Below are positions 9,835 through 20,000 of a stretch of DNA of 20,000 nt, in pieces (position 1 is the first letter of the stretch; each line of letters starts with the position of its first letter). The notes under the pieces are model-generated. The model ran no database searches. It was not told the origin of the DNA and saw only the letters and a list, made by a program, of their open reading frames with translations. The position numbers and the translations under genes were made by a program. The DNA comes from Jimgerdemannia flammicorona. Lineage: Eukaryota. The stretch is from positions 44,762 through 64,761 of the forward strand of contig RBNJ01000013.1 of NCBI GenBank assembly GCA_003990765.1, in the 5' to 3' direction.

Positions 9835-10983
9835 TCATCTATATAACTCCATGTCTTGATCAATTTTCTCAGGTTGGGTCTTGCTTTGAATAGTGACAGC
9901 TGGGGTCTTCTTTGGTCTTCCAACTGGCTTGCTGTTGCTCTTTTTGTCATAGAGCTTGGACTGGGTTCTGGTACCTTCAGTAGTAGGATAGAATTCAAGC
10001 TCCTTATAATATTCTTCATCATCAGTGTCACCAATCTCCTCAATGACTACTGTATTGGTTTGTTCTCTGGTTCTACTAGTATTGCTTAGTTGGGCTTTGT
10101 GTCTTATTTTGGTTATGTAATTCTTTGCATAGTGGCCTTCTTCTCTACATCTGAAGCATGTGATATTGCATTCTTCTATAGCAGCTGCAAATCTCTGTAC
10201 TAGTCTCCTGTTAGTGCTTTGGACTTCTCTAACAACATCACTAAGGTATGCAATCATCTCAGCAAACTGCTTAACAAGTTCCTCCACTGGGTCAGCTTTG
10301 GCTATCTTGGGGATAGGTGGGGTTGATTGTCTGTTTACAACTATAGCAGGTAAGATACTAGTTGACTTTGATGGCTCTATCTTGATGTCAGTTATTTTCT
10401 CTATTGAGTGTTCGGCAGAGTGTCTGGCAGTCCAATATCTCTATACAAAGACTACTTTCTGATCAAGAGTCAGTGCAGCTGGGGTAGACCGGATTGCTAG
10501 GGCAATTTCAGAGTGAACTCCTTTGAGGAAAGTTGAATCTGCTATTTGTTCCTTGAGGCAGTCATCATAGCCAGCCAAGACAATCTGGTGGCGGATTCAG
10601 GTATAGAATGAGTTGGGATCTTCACTAAGTCTCTGGCAGATAGTATTGAGTTGATCCTTGAGAGCTTGCTTGATCTCTTTGGTATAATATATTATTCTGA
10701 GGAAGGCCTTCATGTTGGCAAGTTTGGCTGCACCAGCATCAGCAATGGTGGCTATATTGAACTTGTCTCTGGTAGGTCCTCTGAGGCTGACTGGTAGGAG
10801 GACCAATTGAGTATCCATACCAAGGGCTTGGATAGTAGCAAATTGTTCAAAGTCTTCAATGAAGGTCAGGATTGACTCTTCAGTAGTATATCCATAGAAT
10901 GTGGGGGGATATATTTCTATCTTATCTTGAATTCTTGCAGAGGTGACTCTTGTAGTCAGGGTAGTTGTTGTGGAGTTGTTCAT
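9835..10983 (-). pseudogene. gag with CCHC zinc knuckle
   Basis: ATG at 10983; PPTFYG...FIEDFE...SLRG retrotransposon-gag-like region; CFRCREEGHYAKNY (10117-10158, last Cys>Tyr). In-frame stops at 10597 and 10441. Confidence 0.85.
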
Positions 10984-11018
10984 TTTTCAGCTTGAAAGTG
11001 AGGGATTCGTCTTGAATC

Positions 11019-11036
11019 ACCAGCCAATGGGTACCA
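11019..11036 (-). other. Putative primer-binding site TGGTACCCATTGGCTGG
   Basis: Begins with TGG (complement of tRNA CCA) 3 nt inside the 5' LTR end. Cognate tRNA not identified. Confidence 0.65.
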
Positions 11037-11244
11037 AGTTGTCATATAGTGGTCACTGAGTCCTTCAAATATGCCAGATTCTCTTCAAGGTGTATTTCTT
11101 AGACTAACTCAAGTTTGTTATAAGCAAGTTCTTATTGGAGTGCCTTCTCAAGGTCTTATAGTCCTCAAACTTCTTATCTTTAACTGTCTTATTATCTCTT
11201 AGATTGCTTGCAAGAAAGTGTGTGTAAGTGAAACCAGAACTGAC

Positions 11245-11277
11245 TTTATTTCAGAGGAAATAAGAAGGATATTTATA
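11245..11277 (-). promoter_or_regulatory. LTR TATA box (TATAAATA, 11277-11270) and polyA signal (AATAAA, 11250-11245); same motifs at 4035-4028 and 4008-4003
   Basis: Both motifs are conserved in both LTRs in U3-R order on the element's sense strand, implying a U3 of ~1.29 kb. Confidence 0.55.
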
Positions 11278-11516
11278 CAAAATATAATTCAATAGTTGCT
11301 AAGATATAAAGCTAAATATAAATTCCAATAACTAAAACTACTAAGTTCCAGGGTCAGCACTGATGGTTGTACAGATTCAAGATGCTGGTATAATTCAGTG
11401 TCACATCAGAATATCAGTGCTGAAACAATTTTGCATCATCTCAGAATATTGGTGCTGGAACAATTTTACATTACCTCAGAATACTGGTACTGGTATTATC
11501 CAGTATAACAAAGAAC

Positions 11517-12322
11517 TTAGAGCAGAAAGTTCAGGACCATGGAGGCTTCATTCTCATCATCATTATCACTGAAGGAGATGAGATCCATGAATTTGTTATT
11601 TTCATATGCTTCGATGTTGCGCAGGATGACATCATCGCCAATGACATCATCACATTCGGCAGGGAAATCAGGGAGAAGATCTGGGGCTCTCCAGTCTATA
11701 AGGTTCTCTTCTACAAAATAAGGAACAAATGTGGGGTCTTGGAGAGATTAATCTGAATGCTTGGGCCTTGAAATACTGAGATCAACCCTTGTAGGAATTG
11801 GTCTGAGTTGTCCTGAAGGATAGGGTACCAGAAGTCTTCTACTTCATCACTATTGAGGGTGATAGTGGACTGGGTTTCTGTAGCCACTCTGGCTTCTAGT
11901 GCATTGATATGATGGGATGATAGGTCTCTGAAATCTGAGACTCTAATATACTCTAAGTTGGAGATCAACCATGGTGTATATCTGAAGATCTGATAGACCT
12001 TCTTAGCTGTTCTTGTTTCATATATATCCATGGGAGTAGTATCTTGTAGCTCTTGAGTGCTGGCCTGTAGGAACTCCCAGCAGAGGAGGTTTCCTATTTT
12101 GTACTCTTACTATATTTGGAGGCATTCAGTAGCAATGGTGATCCTTGTTTCCATTTCATAATGGTAGAGGATAAAGTAATAGGGGTCTGCAGTACTCAGA
12201 TTGACACTAGGAGTCCTTCTTGAGTGGGTCCTCATGGCTCTTCTGATGTCTTGGAACATCCTTTCTTTGACTGAGATATCTTAGTAGTTCCTTGACCTTG
12301 AGGTTTAGTGGGCAGCAGGCAT
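11517..12322 (-). pseudogene. LTR-internal (U3) ORF, 5' LTR copy
   Basis: Same ATG and terminal TAA as 4310-5116. Carries its own private stops and a 1-bp deletion. Confidence 0.68.
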
Positions 12323-12564
12323 TTTGTTTATAGTAAGTCTTTGAGCTATTTTGGGATTGGTAGTTCTTGTTGATTACTGCTACTGTAGTTCCTTGATCCT
12401 TCTTTTATATTCTTCAGAATGCTTATACTGTGGTCACAATGACTCACAGTTAGTCATCATTGCTCATCTCATATACTGTATGATCTTCTTGTATTCCAAT
12501 CTGGTGGCTTGCAAGGAAAGGCTGTCTCCTATACTGATGTCATCATTCTGAAGTCACTGTTACA

Positions 12565-12568
12565 TTAG
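12565..12568 (+). repeat. Right target-site duplication TTAG
   Basis: Matches 3794-3797. Confidence 0.8.
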
Positions 12569-12903
12569 TTAAAGGGTTTTTTCTTTATCTCTAACTTTTG
12601 TTTGGGATCAGAAGAGTTATATTATTTAGTTTCAGTATTATTAAATCTGATATATAGATATACTCTCATAATATTGATCTGATAATCTAGCTCTAGTAAA
12701 TAGACAAGTCTGATCTATATATTATTAGAATGAGAATATGTAATACTACTCTTATATAGCTAATATAGTAAAACTGCTAGTTCTCTCTATAGCTTAAAGA
12801 TAATAAAGAGATAGTACTTAGGGAAAGAGAAAGTGAGGGAGATTTTTAATCTATATAGTTTAAGTTCTTTTCTAATAAAAATCTATAGAAACTTAATTCT
12901 GTT

Positions 12904-12979
12904 AAAAAAAAAAAAAAAAAAATTTAAAAAAAATATAAAATTATAATAAAAAAAAAAAAAAAAAAAAAAAATATTTTAA

Positions 12980-13017
<38 letters not shown>

Positions 13018-13103
13018 TAATCAATCTATACCTTTATTATTTCAGTAGAAACATAGCTTGGATCTTTTATTATTTAAAAAAAAATAAAAAATAAAAAAAA
13101 AAT
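12904..13103 (+). repeat. Poly(A)-rich low-complexity tract
   Basis: Several A runs of ~10-30 nt. Confidence 0.9.
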
Positions 13104-13339
13104 AACTTGGATCTCTTAAAATCAATATTGAAGTTAATATTTAAAACAAAATAGTAATCTGAGAACTATAAAAGAAGTAGTACTCTGAATGAGTCAATTC
13201 AATCTAGATTGAATTCAGATTAAATCTCATTTGGATTAGCTTAGATAGAAAATGAGCTGATCTAGATTGATTCAAATTGAATATTATTTTGATTTCTAAT
13301 ATTAACAACTTGATATATAATTATCTAATTTTAATTATT

Positions 13340-13487
13340 ATAGTGTCATTTTAAAGCTCTTAATAAGACCTTTCTAATAATATCAAAAACATTGAAATTA
13401 GATTATATATTGCTGAGTTATTAAGAAAAATGTCTGACTTACTGATTTTGGAAATTATCCTTATTAAGAACTTTCAAATGATACTAT
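13340..13487. repeat. 28-bp imperfect inverted repeat pair, probable decayed DNA-transposon remnant
   Basis: atagtgtcattttaaagctcttaataag (13340-13367) versus cttattaagaactttcaaatgatactat (13460-13487), 3 mismatches. Confidence 0.55.
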
Positions 13488-13967
13488 GATCATTAAAATT
13501 AGATGATTATACATTAAGTTATTAATGTAAACATTGAATTGTCTAATTTAGAAGTTAATTCAGATCTGCTCATTTAGAATACTAGAAAGAAGATATTATT
13601 TTTATTTTTTGAGATTTTCTTTTTGTAAATAATTTATATTAAGATATTAAAGAGAATAAGATAAAGATAGAGACAGAGGTAAATACAGAGACAGAGGTGA
13701 AGACAGAAGTTCTGACATTATGATTTCTGAGTATAGACTTGACATTATAAGTTCTTTGCTCTAAAGATATATAACCTAGATGTATGTATTTTATTCTCTT
13801 TATTCTAATGTCAAAGTATACTGGCCAAGACACCAAGAAGTTTGAATGCTTTGGATGCAGAAAGTAATATATATAAAGGGAGTTTATTTTTACAGATAGA
13901 GGACATGAGGGAGGTGGATATAAATATATACTTCTGTAGTAGAGAAGCTAGAAACGACGCCGGCTAA

Positions 13968-13995
13968 ATATCACGTGATATCACTTCCCCACGTG
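13968..13995. promoter_or_regulatory. E-box cluster: perfect palindrome ATATCACGTGATAT plus a second CACGTG
   Basis: 13968-13981 and 13990-13995, 55-83 nt upstream of the ATG at 14051. TCACGTGA is a canonical bHLH (Cbf1/SREBP-type) site. Confidence 0.5.
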
Positions 13996-14050
13996 CCGTC
14001 ATCTTGGAAAGGACAGAATCCCCCGACTCTTTATTACCTTATACCTGTCA

Positions 14051-17000
14051 ATGTCATCCCCGGACAAAGATCTCGCTCAACTAGACGCCCTCTTTGAGAA
14101 GCTTTCCGTTCTCGATGGTATATTACGTCGCACCGTCCGTCTGCACTGCCATGCTGTCGCTTAAGCTGAATCTTACATAAAAACTACAGCAAATGACGTA
14201 GAGACCCTGAAGGACGAACTCCCCGCCGTCGTTGATAAACTGCAAAAGAACGAACTTCTGCTGAGGAACTCGGAAAATGCAGCCGACTCAAAACTCCTAG
14301 ACCCTGTCTGGGCGCGGGTCAAGCGGGGGGCCGAGATTTGCGCAAATGCCGCGAAGGACGGTACGTGTCGTTCTCGTGTTTTTAACGGCGCTCTGCATGT
14401 GAAGGGATCGAATGCACATAATTCCACCTACTGTTCATTCCAATTAATAGCACGTACGTTTGATTGAAATTTTGCTTAATGCAGAGTCGGCAAGGACGCC
14501 CATTGGTGAATCCGGCTCGATAGAGCTTTTGGTAACTTTTATGAAGTTATCCAGCCCGACACACGTCGAGGTTACCATTCAATGCCTGCGGGCCCTCGCC
14601 AACCTCTGCTTCGATCATGGTATATAGCTCTCTCTTTTTACGTTAGTTTGGAAGGGATCAATGAAGAAATGACAGACATGATCATCACCGGCGTACCGAA
14701 ACTCAATCTTTGACAATCCCGTAATCCTACTCCATCCGCCAGACGTGAATCGCAAGCGAACGTCGACCACCGGCGCCGTCTCCGTCATTATCGGGTTCGT
14801 CAACACATCTAACAACGCCAACCTGGTGCGGACCTCGTGCGGGGCGCTGCTCAATCTCGGTTTGAATTATGGTTGGTGATGGGCACCACAATCCTTCTCT
14901 TGGAACGTTTGCCTTTGCTTCTGTTTGGGTCAGCTTGCCGCCCGCTCATCCATCTGTCCGTATCCCCTACGTACATATCCGCAGAACCTATCCAAAGTGA
15001 GATCCTTCGCCTCGAAGGCCTCCCCGTCCTCGTCAAGCTCCTCTCTTCAGATCGACTCAATCACCAGGCTGTTTGCCTCGCGGCGCGCGTTATCAATTAC
15101 CTCGTCGGCCTCGGTACGACCCCACTGCTGTCTTTCTTTGCCGTCTTTTTCTGTCCGCATTCTTCTTTGTGCTCAAATTTACAATGAAATACGATACATC
15201 CTCAGATAAGGGCCGCCTCCAGTTTACCAAGATCGAAGCCATTGTATCCTTCGTCAAGGTGCTCGAGTATTCGTGGCAGGTGGACAAGAGCCAGGACCTG
15301 GACCTGATGGAGTCAGTGGTGGACGTGCTGGAGTCGACCGTGCTGGAAGAGAGTGAGGGCATCTTTGGTTGCGCTGCGGTTGAATGTTTAGGCGATTGAA
15401 TCCGTCTGCTGTTGTGATGCTCCCGGATTTCGGATAGTTTTGTGATTTCGAAATCGGCGTGTAAACCTTGATCGTAACGTTTCATCCTCCGCCAACTTTT
15501 GTGCGACACAGAGGCTGACGCTATCCAGCACACCGTCGCCAAATCCGGCGTGTTTCCGCTCCTGCTCGACTTCGTCGAGAGCGCGACGCCGCCAAAGCAC
15601 GCCGACGAGGACGACCAGAAGCAGTTTAATGAACTGAGGAAGACGGTCGTCAAGATCACCGTCGCTGTCACGCTAACTGGTAGGTTCGCTTGCGGATTGA
15701 GTTTGCTACTGGTGCAGAGATAAGACATGAGCTTTAGGAATGGTGCGAATGCGAGGTGGAATTTGTCGAGACAGGGCGTTGCACCAAAACGTGGGACATG
15801 GGCAGGGTAATTTCGGCCAAGCGACCATAACAATGGAGTGTCATTATGATACCTTTTTTTTCGATGCCTTTTCGCCTTCATCAATCGCCAGACAGCAACA
15901 TGAACCTGCTCTATAAAGACCAGACCATCCTCGGCCGCTTTATTAGTTGGCTCCGCGACGACGTATTCGCCAGCCGCGACGACCTCCACGCCTGCGCGGC
16001 TCTGAGCATTGGGAACCTGGCGCGAAACGGTGAGTTTCACGCGTGCATAATGGGTTGTTTAGATGCCCACCGAGACTAATTGGATCCCCGTGCGGCCACC
16101 TTCCAATCATGCAGACGAGCACTGCATCGACCTCGTGCAGAAACATCACCTCGAGGTTCCGCTGCTCGCCATCCTTATGAGGACAAATGACATGCGGACG
16201 CAGCACGCCGTCATCAGCATTGTAAAGAATCTGAGCTTGCCCAGTATGTAGACTCTCGTTATCCCATTATGTTTTCTTGGAGAAAGGTAGACTTGGAGAA
16301 GACGGTCAGCATTGTATTCAAGTTGCGCGTCGTTCGTCATCTAATGCAGAGGCCAACAAGTCCCTCCTAGGCGCGTCTGGGGCGATCCAGGCGGCCGCAC
16401 GCTTCCTCAAGGAGTCCAAGGACATGCTCAAGCCGATCCAGTTTGGGGCCGTCGGGGTTCTGAAGCACCTGGCGACAGGGAACTGTGGGTATCTTATTAG
16501 GAATTCGTGCAGCAAAGCGTTTTGAGGTCGTGGTTGCAATTAGAGTTGAGAAGTCCAGGCGTTCGTTCCTACCGAGGCCATGCTGGTTGTATAATCTCAT
16601 CCGCCCCATGCAATTCCATTGCATACTTGTCTCTTTTGTCTGCATCACCCCTATGTTTTACCACAGTTGAGAATGCAAGCCGCATGATTACCGGTCGCGA
16701 GCCGTCGGACCAGTCGCCGTCCTTGACGACGACGCCGCTCGATCGGCTGATCGCATTGGTTAGGCGGACGGATGATATGCCGACCAAGAGCGAGGGCACC
16801 CGTGTACTGGTCAATCTGGTAAAGGTCGTCTGGGCGCAAGGTGGGTGATTTTCGGATCGCTTGGATGTGATAGGTGGTTCCAATATTCGTGCAAGCGGTC
16901 GGTGTGCGTGGTTCTGGAAGGTGTATTTGCCTGTTGATATTGGCTTTTTTGATGTCTTGTTTTCTTTGCGCTTTTCAGACGTCTTAACCGACATCCTACA

Positions 17001-17841
17001 GCCCAAGGACGGCATCTCGACGGCCCCCCTACGTCGCACGCTCCTCAAGAGCGACGGCGTAGTCCCGCCGATCGCGGAGATGATCCGCACCACGCAGTTT
17101 CCCGTACTCCAGAACGAGGGCGTCATGGCACTCACACTTCTGCTGGCGTCGTCCAAGGATGAGGGGGGCGCGGTGGATACAGGTGAGGAGTTGTGAGTGG
17201 AGAATTGGATCTAACCAATACGGTATTCGTGTCATAGTGTGCTCATAACCGAATCGGTTGTTTGGACGCACAGTCTTCACATCTCTGACGACCACGCCCG
17301 CGCCGCCACCCCTCACGGAAGAGGAGGAGGAGGAGGAGGAGGAGAAGGAGAAGGACCCGAAGCCCAAGCTGCCGTCCAAGCCGCTGCTAGACATCTTGAC
17401 GGATATCGTCATGAACGTATCGGGAAAGTACCCTGACGAGATCAGATGTAATGTTTGTTTATTGCTTGGGAGGATTGCTGCGAGTGAGTGTCTTTATTGT
17501 TTTGGTTGTTTCCCCCCAGGATGTATATGTTTGCGAGGATGTGTGGTTTCGGTTCGATTGCAATTGATATTGGACGTCGGTTGTCGTTTGAAAAAGAGCA
17601 TCCCGAAGGTGAACCGCTAGATCATGTCGAAGTAGGATTTCTCACTGAGCCTTTCTTCACCTCCCACTTTGCATTACATTTGATACCATTCGTATTATTC
17701 CCTCCCAAAACAGTTAACCCTGTGAAATACCTCTCGATCGCGAGCGACGTTCGTGGTAAGTTAGAGTCGTTCGCCAACGCCGGCGAGGCCTCGACCATGG
17801 TCATGGAGAGCGTGCGGCAAGTCATGCATAATCTGCACTAA
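14051..17841 (+). CDS. RAP1GDS1: SmgGDS/RAP1GDS1 (Bem4-like) armadillo-repeat small-GTPase chaperone/GEF, 14 exons, 687 aa
   Basis: Exons 14051-14117, 14190-14360, 14485-14619, 14743-14871, 14985-15113, 15206-15352, 15512-15679, 15892-16029, 16115-16243, 16350-16484, 16667-16840, 16979-17182, 17274-17483 and 17714-17841. All introns are GT-AG and the joined frame is open (2064 nt). Family motifs: QCLRALANLCFDH, AALSIGNLARNDEHC, QHAVISIVKNLSLP..NK, SEGTRVLVNL, VLQNEGVMAL, EIRCN. Confidence 0.88.
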
Positions 17842-17979
17842 GAGGCCGAGCTTACAAGTTTTTTATCTTTGCAACGGTCTGGGGTTTCTTATCTGTATTT
17901 GTATAATTTCGTGGGCGATCCAGTCTGAATGAAAGAGGACTTTGAAATCCGAATGATTACGTTTGTGATGATATATACC

Positions 17980-18188
17980 GAATTTCCTATGACCATTGAT
18001 GGTGTACCAGATCTACTATGATCTTGAGTAAGGTGTACTAGATTTCCTATGACCTTGTGCAAGTGTATTAGATTTCACTAAGGTTATTAGATTTCCTATG
18101 ACCTTCAGAAAGATTTACTAGATTTCCTATGACTTTCAGTAAGGTTTATTAGATTTCCAATAAGGTTTACTAGATTTCCTATGACCTT
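17980..18188 (+). repeat. ~31-bp intergenic minisatellite, core AGATTTCCTATGACCTT
   Basis: Unit starts at ~17980, 18009, 18040, 18070 (short), 18089, 18120, 18151 (short) and 18172. Confidence 0.9.
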
Positions 18189-18196
18189 AATCGCTT

Positions 18197-18203
18197 TGAG
18201 TCA
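18197..18203. promoter_or_regulatory. Putative Gcn4/CpcA site TGAGTCA upstream of ILV3
   Basis: Exact TGA(C/G)TCA consensus ~140 nt before the ATG of an amino-acid biosynthesis gene. A CCAAT is also present at 18270-18274. Confidence 0.45.
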
Positions 18204-18340
18204 CGATCATAATGGGTTGCACAGACGCGTCGAAGCGAACGCAAGCCACCGACCAGTCTATGGATTTGACCAATAAAGATCCGAGCTTTTTGCAGGTCAT
18301 ATCTGCCATCCATCTTTTTATTTCCTTCGCGTCCTCCATC

Positions 18341-19952
18341 ATGGCTTCAAGGATCCTACTATCGAAGCGTCCCCCGCACAGTCAAAAGTTCGTCCCCAGA
18401 GCCTCCGCCGTCGGCCTGCGGCACTACACGTCCTCCTCTGACGGTATCAATAAGTACAGCTCTATCATCACCCAGCCCAAGAGCCAGGGCGCGTCTCAGG
18501 CTATGCGTAAGGACGCGTTCCCTTGTGGTTTTGAGAGTCTTACAACTTACTGATCACCATCCGTCCTTGGAGCAGTACTTACTCCTTCATCCCTCACATG
18601 CCCTTCTCGTCTCTCTGGCATCGCTCAATAGTGTACGCCACAGGCCTCGACGATAATGATCTCAAGAAGGCCCAAGTCGGGATCTCCAGCGTGTAAACCC
18701 CTTTCTCTCTCAGGCTTTTCTTTCTTTCCCTTGTATCGATCCTCTCTAACCACTCACCCTTTTTACCTTACAGGTGGTACGAGGGCAACCCCTGCAACAT
18801 GCACCTACTGGATCTCTCCGCCAAGGTCAAGGAGGGCGTGCAGAACGCCAGCCTGATCGGATACCGGTTCAATACCGTCGGCGTGAGCGACGGAATCAGT
18901 ATGGGAACGAGGGGGATGAGCTACTCGTTGCAGAGTAGGGATCTGATCGCGGATAGCATCGAGACGGTGGGTGTGTTTGAGTGCGGATTGGGGGTGGGGT
19001 AGTCTTCTTGATGGCCCGTATATGCACATTAAATATCGATTGCTACAGAGCCACGTCAAAATTCCACCCAGACGAACCCATCTTTATCCAGCCTGCCCTT
19101 TTCCTCCCTATCCTAGGTCATGGGTGCGCAATGGTACGACGGCAACATTTCGCTCCCCGGGTGCGACAAGAACATGCCAGGTGTGCTGATTGCCATGGGT
19201 CGACTCAACCGGCCAAGCCTGATGGTCTACGGTGGCACTATCCGACCAGGCAAATCGTGTGCGGGTGACACCCTCGACATTGTCTCGGCCTTCCAGGCCT
19301 ACGGCGAGTTCGTCGCCGGTTCCATCAACGAGGAGAAGAGGTACGAAATTATCAGGAACGCGTGCCCGGGCGCCGGCGCCTGCGGTGGAATGTACACTGC
19401 TAACACGAGTGAGTAGAATGGATTGATGCATGCTTTGTCGCCGTACGTTTTTATTTTCTATACTCACCTCCTCATAACCGCACGTGCAGTGGCCTCCGCC
19501 ACGGAGGCGATGGGCATGACGCTTCCGTATTCGTCGTCTACGCCAGCAACGCATCCAGACAAGATTAAGGAATGCCTGGACGCTGGCACTGCGATCCGTA
19601 CCCTACTCGAGCGAGATATCAAGCCGCGCGACATTATGACGCGTAAGGCGTTTGAGAACGCTATGGTACTGACGATGGTGCTAGGTGGTAAGGAAAATTG
19701 GGAAGGGAGGGGGAAATGGGAGAGGGGGGTCGACGGAGATCGTGGGTAAAATATGAGGGTATAGGTATTTTTAATGAGGCGAAACGTGCATGATCTCATT
19801 TTGATGGACTGGGGGGATATCTAAATTATAGGTTCTACGAACGCCGTGCTCCACCTACTCGCCATCGCTCGTTCCGTCGGCGTTACCCTGACTATTGATG
19901 ATTTCCAGACCGTCAGCGACCGTATACCCTTCTTGGCTGACTTGAAACCTAG
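18341..19952 (+). CDS. ILV3: Mitochondrial dihydroxy-acid dehydratase, 5' part (continues beyond window)
   Basis: Exons 18341-18506, 18632-18692, 18774-18966, 19117-19408, 19490-19687 and 19832-19952. Motifs [73 protein letters not shown]. Arg/Ser-rich presequence. Confidence 0.96.
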
Positions 19953-20000
19953 GTATGTGGATAACAAACAATGCCTTCGATTGCGGTTTTTTTTTTTTTT

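Larger units (their letters stand above)
3798..12564 (-). mobile_element. Full-length degenerate Ty3/Gypsy (Metaviridae) LTR retrotransposon with dUTPase
   Basis: Two direct ~1.55 kb LTRs with TG...CA ends, TSD, PBS and PPT. The minus strand encodes gag(CCHC)-PR-dUTPase-RT-RNaseH-IN in Gypsy order, with multiple nonsense codons and frameshifts. Confidence 0.97.
11040..12564 (-). repeat. 5' LTR (1525 bp)
   Basis: Runs tgtcatatagtgg...ctgttaca. It is 36 bp shorter than the 3' LTR, accounted for by one fewer 35-bp unit plus a 1-bp deletion near 11749. Confidence 0.95.

Noticed and set aside
9340-9860. Programmed gag-pol frameshift
   Set aside because: Frame changes near 9845 and 9342 have no clear slippery site, and the second lies within the protease. 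Decay indels explain them equally well.
8110-10462. Hydrophobic plus-strand ORFs (8110-8628, 8848-9120, 9856-10089, 10160-10462) as membrane or env-like proteins
   Set aside because: Antisense shadows of the A-rich gag-pol strand, with no independent motifs.
12904-13013. Poly(A) tail of a LINE/SINE or retrocopy
   Set aside because: No recognisable upstream body or TSD. Multiple interrupted runs fit low-complexity sequence.
13639-13836. 65-aa minus-strand ORF
   Set aside because: AT-rich, partly an 18-bp repeat, with no motif. At most an unidentifiable relic.
17231-17240. Alternative acceptor tcatag at 17237
   Set aside because: Gives an immediate in-frame TAA. The acceptor at 17273 keeps the frame.
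15093-17412. Long minus-strand ORFs (315 aa, 195 aa, 127 aa)
   Set aside because: Antisense to GC-rich exons of the ARM gene, crossing its introns, with no recognisable domains.
17980-18188. CRISPR-like array (conserved core plus variable linkers)
   Set aside because: Linkers are only ~11-14 nt and clearly related to each other. The context is eukaryotic with no cas genes, so this is a minisatellite.
18212-18340. In-frame upstream ATG extending ILV3 by 43 aa
   Set aside because: It overlaps probable promoter motifs and would mask the mitochondrial presequence that begins at 18341.

Overview
Eukaryotic DNA, almost certainly fungal (short GT-AG introns; an early-diverging Mucoromycota-type lineage is my inference), with two sharply different halves. 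1-~13950 is an almost CpG-free, transition-mutated repeat domain. Its main element is a full-length but decayed Ty3/Gypsy-type LTR retrotransposon on the minus strand (3798-12564) with ~1.55 kb LTRs, a 4-bp TTAG target duplication, a PBS and a PPT. This element is unusual in three ways: a dUTPase domain in frame between protease and RT, an integrase with its own ATG overlapping the RNase H stop, and a ~268-codon ORF inside each LTR that is open once the two copies are merged. Left of it are two foldback/MITE-like palindromes sharing a decayed 24-bp CACGTG-centred palindrome, a decayed gene-like segment and minisatellites. ~13955-20000 is CpG-rich host DNA with a 14-exon SmgGDS/RAP1GDS1-like armadillo-repeat gene whose 13 introns are all phase 1, an intergenic ~31-bp minisatellite, and the 5' part of the dihydroxy-acid dehydratase gene ILV3. 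All coordinates and counts were made by hand.
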